Source: Pseudomonadota bacterium (lineage in GTDB: Bacteria > Pseudomonadota > Gammaproteobacteria > Beggiatoales > Beggiatoaceae). Taken from it: a DNA stretch of 64,000 nucleotides. The notes below the pieces were generated by a model. The model ran no database searches, was not told where the DNA came from, and was given only the letters and a program-made list of their open reading frames with translations. The position numbers and the translations under genes were made by a program. Location: contig JBEAVE010000006.1 of the NCBI GenBank assembly GCA_041161065.1, positions 58,912 through 122,911 on the forward strand, given 5' to 3'. Positions within the stretch are counted from its first letter, which is position 1, and the number at the start of each line of letters is the position of its first letter. Positions 41,716 to 50,993 of the stretch are shown here, piece after piece.

Positions 41716-44032
41716 ATTAGAAAAAGTAGCTTATTTAGTTGAATCTTTAAATCCTCAACAACGCGAAGCGGTAACATCGCCCGCTGGAAATGTTTTAGTG
41801 TTAGCGGGAGCAGGCAGTGGAAAAACTAAAGTTTTAACGCATCGTTTTGCGTGGTTAATGGAAGTAGAAAAGATTTCTCCACAAGCCATTTTAGCGGTAA
41901 CATTTACCAATAAAGCTGCAAATGAAATGCGGGAGCGTTTGAACAAACTTTTACATTTGAATCCGCGTAATTGGTGGGTAGGAACTTTTCATGGTTTGGC
42001 GCACCGTTGGTTGCGACAACATTGGCAGGAAGCAAACTTACCACAATCATTTCAAATCCTCGATAGCGATGATCAATTACGCATTATTAAGAAAATATTA
42101 AAAGAAAGTTTGAAATTAGATGAAAAAGTGTGGATTCCTGTGCAAATTCAAGGTTACATTAGTCGCGCTAAAGATCAAGGATTTCGTCCGCCTTATGTAG
42201 AAACCTTTGATAATTATTCTCGAACGATGAAAATGATTTATGAAACCTACCAACAATATTGTGATCAAAATGGTTTAGTAGATTTTGGTGAATTATTACT
42301 AAGAGTGTATGAACTTTGGCATTATAATCCTAATTTATTAGCATATTATCAGCAGCGTTTTCCTCACATTTTAGTCGATGAGTTTCAAGATACTAATAAT
42401 ATTCAATATGCGTGGTTGCAACAGTTAATGGGACAAACAGGTTACGCATTTGTCGTGGGTGATGATGATCAATCAATTTATGGTTGGCGTGGTGCAAAAG
42501 TAGGTAATGTTCGGCGATTTCAAAAAGATTTCTCAAATGTGCAATTAGTGCGTTTAGAACAAAACTACCGTTCTACTAAAACTATTTTAGCAGCGGCGAA
42601 TGCATTAATTGAGAAAAATAATTCAAGAATGGGTAAGAAACTGTGGACTGAAGGTCATGCGGGTGAACCATTACGTTTGTTTAATGCAATGGATGAAAAA
42701 GAGGAAGCTCGTTTTATTGGTGAACGCATTCAACAATGGGTTTCTCAGAACAAACAACATAAGGATTGCGCGATTTTATATCGTTCTAATGCACAATCGC
42801 GAATTTTGGAGGAAACGTTAATTCAACTGCGGTTGCCGTATCGAATTTATGGGGGATTACGTTTCTTTGAACGTCAAGAAATCAAAGATGCTCTCGCTTA
42901 TTTGCGTTTATTAACGAATCAAAATGATGATACTTCCTTTGAAAGAGCAATTGCAGTTCCTCCACGTGGCATTGGCGATGTGACAATGGAAAAATTGAGA
43001 GAATACGCTCGCCAACATCAAGTTTCTTTATGGCAAGCAACTGATGCTTTAGTTCAAGAAAAACGTTTTTTTCAAAACTTAAAAAGCCAAGTAAATCAAC
43101 CGCTTTCATTATTAGAGGATACAGAAAACGCTAGTTTAATTTCTCACGAACTAAATCCGAGAGCAATTAATTTATTGCGCAATTTTTTAGAAATGATTTT
43201 AACTCTGCGTAAAACAACTGCACAAATACCTTTACATCAATTAGTCTCAGCCGTTTTAATTCAAACAGGATTGCTCAAATTTTATCAAGAAAAAAAAGGC
43301 GAAAAAGAACAAATGCGTGCAGAAAACTTACAAGAGTTAATTAATGCTGCAAAAGGATTTGAAGTTGATAGCACGGAGGGTTTGATACCCTTAATTGCAT
43401 TTTTGAGCAACGCCGCATTAGAATCGGGAGAAAAACAAAGTGATCCCAATCAAGATGCAGTGCAATTAATGACATTACACGCGGCAAAAGGTTTGGAGTT
43501 TCCAGTGGTGTTTCTTTGTGGATTAGAAGAAGGTTTATTTCCTCACATAATGTCTTCACAAACAGTTGAAGATTTAGAGGAAGAACGCCGCTTATGTTAT
43601 GTTGGAATTACTCGAGCAATGCAGCATTTGTATTTGAGTTATGCAGAAAGCCGTTCAATGCGTGGTTCAACCAGTTTTACTCGCCCATCTCGATTTCTAG
43701 GAGATATTCCAAAAACTTTGATTGAGGATATTCGTTTAAAAACCCCCATTGTAAAACAAAATGCCTTTTCACCTGCTCCGCCACGTTGGGAAAATAAAAA
43801 TCGGTTTGAATCCTATAAATCTCAGATAGATCAATCTATAACTAAACCTCAAGCATGGGTTGATCCGAAAGCTAGTTTTAGAATTAACCAAAAGGTTAAA
43901 CATGAGAAGTTTGGGGTTGGAATCGTACTAGCAAATGAAGGAAAAAATGAACAAGAGCGAGTATATATTGATTTTGGAAAACAGGGTAAGAAATGGCTGG
44001 TTTTAAGTTACGCAAATTTGCAACTTGTATAA
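41708..44032 (+). CDS. uvrD: DNA helicase II (UvrD/PcrA family)
   Basis: AGAGSGKT, DEFQDTN, LEQNYRS, TLHAAKGLEFPVVF, CYVGITRA. The C-terminal ~100 aa extension contains HEKFGVGIV. It overlaps the preceding ABC gene by 8 nt. Confidence 0.9.
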   Translation: MRELEKVAYLVESLNPQQREAVTSPAGNVLVLAGAGSGKTKVLTHRFAWLMEVEKISPQAILAVTFTNKAANEMRERLNKLLHLNPRNWWVGTFHGLAHRWLRQHWQEANLPQSFQILDSDDQLRIIKKILKESLKLDEKVWIPVQIQGYISRAKDQGFRPPYVETFDNYSRTMKMIYETYQQYCDQNGLVDFGELLLRVYELWHYNPNLLAYYQQRFPHILVDEFQDTNNIQYAWLQQLMGQTGYAFVVGDDDQSIYGWRGAKVGNVRRFQKDFSNVQLVRLEQNYRSTKTILAAANALIEKNNSRMGKKLWTEGHAGEPLRLFNAMDEKEEARFIGERIQQWVSQNKQHKDCAILYRSNAQSRILEETLIQLRLPYRIYGGLRFFERQEIKDALAYLRLLTNQNDDTSFERAIAVPPRGIGDVTMEKLREYARQHQVSLWQATDALVQEKRFFQNLKSQVNQPLSLLEDTENASLISHELNPRAINLLRNFLEMILTLRKTTAQIPLHQLVSAVLIQTGLLKFYQEKKGEKEQMRAENLQELINAAKGFEVDSTEGLIPLIAFLSNAALESGEKQSDPNQDAVQLMTLHAAKGLEFPVVFLCGLEEGLFPHIMSSQTVEDLEEERRLCYVGITRAMQHLYLSYAESRSMRGSTSFTRPSRFLGDIPKTLIEDIRLKTPIVKQNAFSPAPPRWENKNRFESYKSQIDQSITKPQAWVDPKASFRINQKVKHEKFGVGIVLANEGKNEQERVYIDFGKQGKKWLVLSYANLQLV

Positions 44033-44068
44033 CCTAAAAAGCCATTTGTAAATATTGTTAAAGTTATT

Positions 44069-44233
44069 TTATTTTTCTTGGGTATCATTGGTGTTGTGTT
44101 CGGGGAGTTGTTTCTCGACTTCTTGTTCCAAAGATTTGATTTGACGTTCTAAGCACAGTTGCTCAAATTCTAGGCGTTTAATCCTTTCTTGTAAGGCTTT
44201 CTGAATGATATTTGGTGCGGATTTGAGAGACAT
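44069..44233 (-). CDS. unlisted small ORF, 54-aa coiled-coil protein
   Basis: My own translation is MSLKSAPNIIQKALQERIKRLEFEQLCLERQIKSLEQEVEKQLPEHNTNDTQEK. GGAGG lies 7 nt upstream of the ATG, which is 21 nt downstream of the moeB stop on the same strand. It falls below the 60-aa cutoff of the ORF track. Confidence 0.4.
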   Translation of the reverse strand: MSLKSAPNIIQKALQERIKRLEFEQLCLERQIKSLEQEVEKQLPEHNTNDTQEK

Positions 44234-44254
44234 CACCTTTCCTCCATTAAATGA

Positions 44255-45007
44255 TCATTTGAATTGTGAAGAACAAATTGGGCAATCTGCATCTTTTGGG
44301 ACTTTAATTGTGCGCCATTCCATTGTGAGCGCGTCCATAATTAAAAGTTTTCCACATAATGTGTCGCCAATGTCGAGTAAAATCTTAAGTGTTTCAGCGG
44401 CTTGCAAACTTCCAATGACCCCTGTTAAAGGTGCAAAAATGCCCAACCGAGAGCAAGTGTCGCCTTCACCCCCTATATCTTTATAAATACATTCATAACA
44501 AGGACTTAGCGGTTGTTGGGGATTGAAAACGGTGAGTTGGGCTTCAAAACGAATTGCCGCGCCAGAAACTAAGGGTTTTCTCGCTTTAACGCACGCCCGA
44601 TTGATTGCAAAACGGGTTGGAAAATTATCACTGCAATCTAAAACAACATCGGCTAAAAAAACTTGTTTCTCCAACATTTCATCGTCTAATAAATAATCTA
44701 GTGCAATGATGTCAATATCGGGGTTTTGAGCCTTTAAACGTTGTAAAGCAGAGGAGGCTTTTGTTTGACCCAAATGATCCGTGGTGTGTAAAATTTGTCG
44801 TTGTAAATTAGAGAGTTCCACGCGATCGTAATCACAAATCACTAATTGTCCAATGCCCGCCGCCGCTAAATAAAGGGCTGCCGGCGACCCTAAACCGCCT
44901 AATCCAATGATAAGAACGCGCGATTTCAATAATTTCATTTGACCGATTTCTCCAACTTGAGGAAGAAGGATTTGACGGCTATAACGTTGTGTTTGTAATT
45001 CGTTCAT
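44255..45007 (-). CDS. moeB: molybdopterin-synthase adenylyltransferase MoeB (ThiF/HesA family)
   Basis: RYSRQILLPQVG, Rossmann motif IIGLGGLGSP, and Cys pairs CYEC and CPIC. Confidence 0.85.
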   Translation of the reverse strand: MNELQTQRYSRQILLPQVGEIGQMKLLKSRVLIIGLGGLGSPAALYLAAAGIGQLVICDYDRVELSNLQRQILHTTDHLGQTKASSALQRLKAQNPDIDIIALDYLLDDEMLEKQVFLADVVLDCSDNFPTRFAINRACVKARKPLVSGAAIRFEAQLTVFNPQQPLSPCYECIYKDIGGEGDTCSRLGIFAPLTGVIGSLQAAETLKILLDIGDTLCGKLLIMDALTMEWRTIKVPKDADCPICSSQFK

Positions 45008-45058
45008 AATATGATTTCTGTGTTATGCTTTTGGGCTATTTTAATCAAGGAAAATAAT

Positions 45059-45781
45059 ATGCGACAAGTCGTTTTGGATACCGAAACAACCGGTTTAGAC
45101 CCTAAAAATGGTCATCGTATCATTGAAATTGGTTGCGTTGAACTTTTTAATCGTCAAATTACCGGGCAAACTTTTCATACCTATTTGCAACCAGAGCGCG
45201 AAGTCGATCCAGACGCAATGAAAGTGCATGGAATTACCAATGAATTTTTATTGGACAAACCTCTTTTTAACGATATTGTAGATTCATTTCTGAATTTTGT
45301 AAAAGATGCCGAATTAATTATTCATAATGCACCTTTCGATGTGGGGTTTCTCAATCATGAATTAAAACAGTGGAAAACAGAACAACTACCTATCGATAAA
45401 ACAAATCAAATTTTGGATACATTAGTATTAGCTAGAAAATGGTATCCCGGGCAAAGAAATAGTTTAGATGCTCTGTGCAAACGTTTTAATATTGATAACA
45501 CCCAACGTCAATTACACGGCGCATTACTCGATGCACAAATTTTAGCAGAAGTTTATTTAGCAATGACAGGTGGACAAGTTGTTTTATTAGCCCACAGCGA
45601 AAATGCCCAACATATTAAAAATACTGAAATTCGTCGAATTGACAAAAACCGCTCACAGTTGCCAATTGTTTTACCAACACCTGAAGAACTCGCAGAACAT
45701 CATCAACGTTTATCGGTAATTAATAAAAAGAGCAACGGACAATGTATATGGTTGCAACAATTAGAACAACAGGTGCATTAA
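45059..45781 (+). CDS. dnaQ: DNA polymerase III epsilon subunit (3'-5' exonuclease)
   Basis: Exo I VLDTETTGL, Exo II HNAPFDVGFL, Exo III HGALLDAQILAEVY. The start is ATG 45059 behind AAGGA. Confidence 0.9.
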   Translation: MRQVVLDTETTGLDPKNGHRIIEIGCVELFNRQITGQTFHTYLQPEREVDPDAMKVHGITNEFLLDKPLFNDIVDSFLNFVKDAELIIHNAPFDVGFLNHELKQWKTEQLPIDKTNQILDTLVLARKWYPGQRNSLDALCKRFNIDNTQRQLHGALLDAQILAEVYLAMTGGQVVLLAHSENAQHIKNTEIRRIDKNRSQLPIVLPTPEELAEHHQRLSVINKKSNGQCIWLQQLEQQVH

Positions 45782-45786
45782 TTTTT

Positions 45787-47025
45787 ATGAAAAAAGGGTT
45801 ATTACTTTTAATATTTTTTGCATCAATACAAACAGTGCAAGCAATCCAAATTTATCAATGGAAAGATGTGAAAGGAACATGGCAATTTACAGAATATCCT
45901 CCTTTGGCAGGTGTTCCCTATCAATTAAAAGAACTACCCGATAATGTAACGGTTTATAAATCAGAGGAAAAACCCGCCGATGAGAAATCAAAAGATATTG
46001 AAAAAATAGGAAAACCTGTGGCGATAGAAAAAGTAGAAAAGTCTGAAGAAATCATTAAACCCGTAATTATTCCTGATGCGCGCACGGAAAAAATTTCTCC
46101 CATTTCAAATGAAAAAAAAGTGCCTGAAACGAAACAACCTATTTCTGAAGAACCTGTCGTTGTTATAAAAAAACCTTCTTTAATTAAGGCGCAACGCCAA
46201 AGCCGTTATGTGTCCGATTATGCGCAATTATTATTGTTAGAAGATCGCCAACGATTGCAAGAAATTTTAGAACAATTTGAACGACAAACAGGCATAGAAA
46301 CTACCATTTTTACTTGTTATACCTTGGCAGATTATGAAGGGGGTTTGACAGGTGTCGATAATTTTAGTGCACAGCTTTTGAAAGAATGGCAATTAAAGCA
46401 GGGGATTTTAATCGTAATTGTTTTATTAGACAAACAGTTACACATTAAAACTACTTCACAATTTAACAAAGAAGAACAACATAAAATTCAAAATATTCGG
46501 GAGGAAATTTTAATTCCAACGTTTAAACAAGGACATTTCAGTGAGGGTTTGTTAAAAGCAGTGCAACAAATCATTTATTTATTAAAACCGCCGCCTGTTT
46601 TGAAAAATAAAGAACAGACCGCCGATAATAGAAAAGAAACTTATTATAAAAGAGAGGATTATTGGTTAGAAATGGTTTTAATATTGGGTTTGTCATTATG
46701 GTGGGCGATCATTCGTTTGTGGCGGCGGAGAAAAAATCGTTGTCCACAATGCGCCGGAAAATTACAAAAAGTTAAATTAAATCAAGAGTTTATTGCTTTG
46801 CGTTGTACGATTTGTGGCACACAATTAATTTTAGCTCCCGCCCATTCACCTCGATATTGGCAACGTTGCCCTTCGTGTAGTAATTCTGCTTTTCATGTAA
46901 AATCATGGTGTTGGGATAATAATGAACGGCTTATTATTGCGCGAGAGTGCCAAGTGTGTGGTTTTAAGCGTCAGGAAAAAGTAAGGTTTTTATCGGCGCA
47001 AAACTCCGTCGATGATGCGGCGTAA
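45787..47025 (+). CDS. DUF4124 - TPM domain - TM - double zinc-ribbon protein
   Basis: Signal peptide MKKGLLLLIFFASIQTVQA. DUF4124-like IYQWKDVKGTWQFTEYPP. E/K/P-rich linker. TPM-like YVSDYAQLL..DRQRLQEILEQFERQTGIETTIF. TM segment WLEMVLILGLSLWWAIIRLW. Four CxxC pairs: CPQC..CTIC and CPSC..CQVC. Confidence 0.6.
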   Translation: MKKGLLLLIFFASIQTVQAIQIYQWKDVKGTWQFTEYPPLAGVPYQLKELPDNVTVYKSEEKPADEKSKDIEKIGKPVAIEKVEKSEEIIKPVIIPDARTEKISPISNEKKVPETKQPISEEPVVVIKKPSLIKAQRQSRYVSDYAQLLLLEDRQRLQEILEQFERQTGIETTIFTCYTLADYEGGLTGVDNFSAQLLKEWQLKQGILIVIVLLDKQLHIKTTSQFNKEEQHKIQNIREEILIPTFKQGHFSEGLLKAVQQIIYLLKPPPVLKNKEQTADNRKETYYKREDYWLEMVLILGLSLWWAIIRLWRRRKNRCPQCAGKLQKVKLNQEFIALRCTICGTQLILAPAHSPRYWQRCPSCSNSAFHVKSWCWDNNERLIIARECQVCGFKRQEKVRFLSAQNSVDDAA

Positions 47026-47611
47026 CACCTTGTTTTTGAAGAGCTTGTCGATGTTCAAGTGTGCCATAACCCGCATTGCGATCCCAGCCATATCCCTGAT
47101 AAATTTGCGATAATTGCCGCATTAAACGATCTCTGGAAACTTTTGCGATAATTGACGCACAAGCAATGCTATAACAGTGTTGATCACCGCTAATAATTGG
47201 CGTAATTTTTTTTCCAAACGGATGATTTTTAGGAAGTTTTCCGTCCATCAAAATATAATCAATAGGTTGCAAACGTTGTAATGCACGCTGCATTGCCAGA
47301 AAAGTTGCCCGCAGAATATTTAGGCGATCAATGTCGGCAACCGACGCAATACCAATTGAAAACGCAAGGGATTGTTGTTTGATCAAGGGGCACAGTTGTT
47401 CGCGTTGTTTGGCAGAAAGTTTTTTAGAATCCGTTACTTGCGAAATTGGCGTGCAATCGGCGGGTAAAATGACGGCGGCGGCGATCACGGGTCCGCTCAA
47501 ACAGCCGCGCCCCACTTCGTCGATGCCGACCACGCGCGTCAAACCTGTTTTCCAAAGATTTTGTTCGTAATGAAGGGTGGGTGGGCTGCTTTTTAACATG
47601 ATTTCTGGCAC
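46964..47611 (-). CDS. rnhB: ribonuclease HII
   Basis: GIDEVGRGCLSGPV and C-terminal HRRSFAPIK. The start may be at the internal Met5. Confidence 0.9.
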   Translation of the reverse strand: MPEIMLKSSPPTLHYEQNLWKTGLTRVVGIDEVGRGCLSGPVIAAAVILPADCTPISQVTDSKKLSAKQREQLCPLIKQQSLAFSIGIASVADIDRLNILRATFLAMQRALQRLQPIDYILMDGKLPKNHPFGKKITPIISGDQHCYSIACASIIAKVSRDRLMRQLSQIYQGYGWDRNAGYGTLEHRQALQKQGVTPHHRRSFAPIKTLLFPDA

Positions 47612-47642
47612 ACTATCAATTTTGAGGAGTTTTACGCATCAA

Positions 47643-48155
47643 ATGGCGAGCATTCATCAAATGCAAATGAGTTTTGTCCCGCAGCAAGATCGGTTATTAT
47701 TTCGTTTGAGCACGACTGATCACGCGGAGTTTCGTTTTTGGCTAACGCGCCGTTATGTTAAGTTGCTCTGGTCTGGGTTATTGCAACAGTTAGAAATGGC
47801 GCAACCGTATCAAAACCCCGATATTAGAGCAACAGTGGCAGCAACTCAGCATCAACAAGTGATTGCAAATACTGATTTCAAAACGGAATATCAAGAGAAA
47901 GAAATTACGCATTTTCCTTTAGGTGAAGAAACCATTTTAGCCCCGCGTCTGCAGTTTAAACGAACCCCTCAAGGAACGCAAATATTGTGTATTCACCCAA
48001 CTGAAGGACAAGGATTGGAAATCGCGGTTGATAACCGTTTGATGCACTCTTTGTGTAATCTGCTTTCACAGTGTTTGAAAGTTACCAATTGGGATTTATC
48101 TTATGAGCTTACAACCTCATTTCCCGTTCCTAAACCTTTTCAAAACAACCCTTAG
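47643..48155 (+). CDS. hypothetical protein A of orphan cassette
   Basis: The ORF is open from 47577. The start is uncertain: ATG 47643 is preferred because it avoids overlap with rnhB and has GAGGAG 13 nt upstream. The sequence contains QQDRLLFRLSTTDHAEFRFWLTRRYVKLLW. I recognise no family. Confidence 0.45.
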   Translation: MASIHQMQMSFVPQQDRLLFRLSTTDHAEFRFWLTRRYVKLLWSGLLQQLEMAQPYQNPDIRATVAATQHQQVIANTDFKTEYQEKEITHFPLGEETILAPRLQFKRTPQGTQILCIHPTEGQGLEIAVDNRLMHSLCNLLSQCLKVTNWDLSYELTTSFPVPKPFQNNP

Positions 48156-48166
48156 AGGAAATCACC

Positions 48167-48547
48167 ATGGGAATTAGTTTAGAAGACATTAAAAATGCAA
48201 TGAATAATTTAATCAATTTAGACATAAGAACTATTGTAGGAGAAGTCGATTTTGATAGCAAAGGAAAAATGCAACCCACCGCAAACTCAAAACAAATGGT
48301 GAGTCGGTTGAATTTATTAGACGGCGACATTACAACCGCATTTCCCGAAGACTTTTTACAAATGCCATTAGATAGTGTTAGAAGTTTTCATGCGTTGCGT
48401 GAACGTCAAGCAATGGAAATTGTGCAAGGAAATATTAGAGCATTGCAACATCTTGTGGGTTTGATAGATACCTTAGATCGCCAAGAAAAAGCCGATAAAA
48501 ATGATCACAAACCGCGTGTAGAAACGCCACCCACTCAACCTATTTAA
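48167..48547 (+). CDS. hypothetical protein B of orphan cassette
   Basis: 126 aa, with AGAGGA 8 nt upstream of the ATG. It shares the motifs L-x2-L-[DE]-[IV]-x-T-I-V and DGDITT with protein C. Confidence 0.5.
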   Translation: MGISLEDIKNAMNNLINLDIRTIVGEVDFDSKGKMQPTANSKQMVSRLNLLDGDITTAFPEDFLQMPLDSVRSFHALRERQAMEIVQGNIRALQHLVGLIDTLDRQEKADKNDHKPRVETPPTQPI

Positions 48548-48551
48548 TCTT

Positions 48552-49370
48552 ATGGCTGAATTTTCGTTTAAAACGCTCGCGGAAGATCTTTTAACTTTAG
48601 AAGTTAATACCATTGTTAAGGCAAACATGATGGCGATTAAAATGCCTTCAAATCGGCGTGAAGCATTATTAGAAATTGCCCGAGATTATCACCTTGCTTT
48701 GGTTGAATTGGGTTGCCGAGAACCGCTTGTTTGGACTTCGGGAGGAATAATGGCTTTTTTTGAACTGCGAAGTCGAGCAATTCAAGGTGCAAAAGTCATT
48801 AGTGATTTGGAACATTTGATGACTAAAACAGAGCACCAAAAATATTTTGAGAAAAAGGTCATTCTCGATCGCATTCAATCTCAATCAGAACAGCTTATTT
48901 CTCTATTTGTATCTTTAGCCAAAAATGTCAATGCTAGTTTTGATTTACAAGCCTATCGACATGAAATGAATACTAAGGCTAATGATCTGGCAAAAGAGAA
49001 AGAAAAACCTTTAGAAGAACTGTATAAATTTTGTGATTTACATGATGAAGAAAATCAGGTTTGGAATAATGATTTACCCCGTTCAAAAATGCAGGATATT
49101 GAAGATTTGGATTTAAGTGCAGCACAAATCAGTTTAATTCGTAAAGTTTGGGAAATTGGCACAGAGCAAGTGGTATTACAAACGGTTATTCATGCCGATG
49201 GAGATATAACCACGAGAATTTCTGAACGGTTGCTCGAAAATCCAAATCAAATACTCTTTCAAATTCATCACGAATCCGTGCAAGGTGCAGTGGGTTTCTG
49301 GACAAATTTAGTAGAAACCATTGGTAAAATGGCAGCACATTTCTTTCAAACCAAAATACTTAAAAAATAA
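48552..49370 (+). CDS. hypothetical protein C of orphan cassette (long paralog of B)
   Basis: 272 aa, starting 4 nt after the B stop. LTLEVNTIV lies at the N-terminus and HADGDITTRISERLL near the C-terminus, with a ~170-aa largely helical-looking insert between them. Confidence 0.5.
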   Translation: MAEFSFKTLAEDLLTLEVNTIVKANMMAIKMPSNRREALLEIARDYHLALVELGCREPLVWTSGGIMAFFELRSRAIQGAKVISDLEHLMTKTEHQKYFEKKVILDRIQSQSEQLISLFVSLAKNVNASFDLQAYRHEMNTKANDLAKEKEKPLEELYKFCDLHDEENQVWNNDLPRSKMQDIEDLDLSAAQISLIRKVWEIGTEQVVLQTVIHADGDITTRISERLLENPNQILFQIHHESVQGAVGFWTNLVETIGKMAAHFFQTKILKK

Positions 49371-49372
49371 TA

Positions 49373-49879
49373 GTGATAAATACCCCATTACAAGGCATTC
49401 AATTTTTGCGTCAATTCATTAAAGAAGGTGGTTTGACGATAAGTACAGAATGTTCAATCAATAACTCATTCATAAATATGAGAACAAGTATTCAATTAGA
49501 TGGTAGCGTAATTAACTTTGTTCCTGATATTAACTGTTTTTCACAGGAGGAACAACGGTTATTGCAAAATGATTTGAGTCGGCATTTGGATAAAATAAAG
49601 CAACTCTTAGAAAAAATGAATAGTTTTTCATTATTTTTGCAACGAATATTTGTTGGACTGTCTATTGGAAATGGGATAATAGGTACATTAGTTGTTGATA
49701 TTCATAATAGTTTAGGAAAATTTCACCCGTTTTTATCTTATTTGTATGAAATAAATCCCTATCTAGTTAATTTATTTTGGTTTATGATAAGCAGTGCTAT
49801 GGGAGGTTTGATTTTCCATTATATTGTACAACCTTTAATTTGGCGTTTTATTGCGAAGAAAGTGAGAGAAAAACTTTGA
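49373..49879 (+). CDS. hypothetical membrane protein D of orphan cassette
   Basis: 168 aa, with a GTG start 2 nt after the C stop. The soluble N-domain contains RTSIQLDGSVINFV. There are two C-terminal hydrophobic segments. The stop TGA overlaps the TTG start of lptF. Confidence 0.5.
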   Translation: MINTPLQGIQFLRQFIKEGGLTISTECSINNSFINMRTSIQLDGSVINFVPDINCFSQEEQRLLQNDLSRHLDKIKQLLEKMNSFSLFLQRIFVGLSIGNGIIGTLVVDIHNSLGKFHPFLSYLYEINPYLVNLFWFMISSAMGGLIFHYIVQPLIWRFIAKKVREKL

Positions 49880-50931
49880 TTTTTACCCGCTATTTATATC
49901 GAGAAATTATTACCACTGCATTAGCATTATTGTTAATTATTGTATTGATTTATTTGAGTCAGCGTTTTATTCAATTTTTAGCCGAAGCAGGTAGTGGTCA
50001 ATTACCCTTAGAATATGTTTTTAAGTTGTTAGCATTAAAGCTATTATGGGTGTTTGTTGTTCTTATACCTTTAACGTTTTTTCTGGCGATTTTAATGGCG
50101 TTAGGACGCTTATATAGCGAAAATGAAATAATGGCGATGTTTGCTTGTGGTTTAGGCACACCTTTTTTGATAGGAAAAATTCAACAATTAGCGATTACAA
50201 TTGCGGTAATTGTAGGTGTTTTAAGTTTTGTATTAGCACCTTGGTCTGAAGCAAAACAAGAGCAGTTGCGCCAAGAAATTCGCCAGCAATCTGATATTGG
50301 GGTTTTAACAGCGGGGCGTTTTCAAAGTTTTAATCAAGGACGCGGGGTTTTTTATATTGAACATTTTGATAAGAAAAATACCGTAATGAAAAATGTTTTT
50401 GTTTCATTAGAAAGAGAGGGTAAAAATATTTTAATCTCTGCGGATCGTGGGTATTTGAAAACTGAAGAAAATACTAATGCAAAATATATTATGTTGTTCG
50501 ATGGTTATCGTTATGATATTACGCATGGTTCTGCGGAACTCATAGAAACTAAATTTGCTCAACACGCAGTTTTAATTTATATTGAACCCATGCCGCTTCC
50601 AAATGCCTTTAAATCTCAACACAATATTGATTTGTGGAATTCTAATCAAGCGGGTGCAATGGCTGAATTACAAATGCGGATTTCTGCGCCTTTGTCAATT
50701 TTATTGCTTGCGCCGTTAGCAGTTCTAATGTCGCACACAACACCTCGACAAGGACGTTATAGCAAAATAATCATTGCATTGTTGATTTATTTTATTTATG
50801 TAAATGGGTTAGAAGTTGCTCAAAAATGGTTAGAACGGGAATTACTGTCTGCTTGGTTAGGTGTTTGGTGGGTGCATGGTATTTTAGCAATGTCGGTTTT
50901 AATAACATTTCTTTATCGAGAACGGCGTTAA
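49876..50931 (+). CDS. lptF: LPS export ABC transporter permease LptF
   Basis: (L)IFTRYLYREIITTALALLL aligns with the E. coli LptF N-terminus MIIIRYLVRETLKSQLAILF. The LGRLYSENEIMAMFACG motif is present. The start is set at TTG 49876. The longer ORF from 49777 runs inside gene D. Confidence 0.8.
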   Translation: MIFTRYLYREIITTALALLLIIVLIYLSQRFIQFLAEAGSGQLPLEYVFKLLALKLLWVFVVLIPLTFFLAILMALGRLYSENEIMAMFACGLGTPFLIGKIQQLAITIAVIVGVLSFVLAPWSEAKQEQLRQEIRQQSDIGVLTAGRFQSFNQGRGVFYIEHFDKKNTVMKNVFVSLEREGKNILISADRGYLKTEENTNAKYIMLFDGYRYDITHGSAELIETKFAQHAVLIYIEPMPLPNAFKSQHNIDLWNSNQAGAMAELQMRISAPLSILLLAPLAVLMSHTTPRQGRYSKIIIALLIYFIYVNGLEVAQKWLERELLSAWLGVWWVHGILAMSVLITFLYRERR

Positions 50932-50993
50932 AGGTATTTAAAAACTAGAAAGAATCCTTATTTCTTTCTCTATAAAAACTGGAAAGCTATAAA

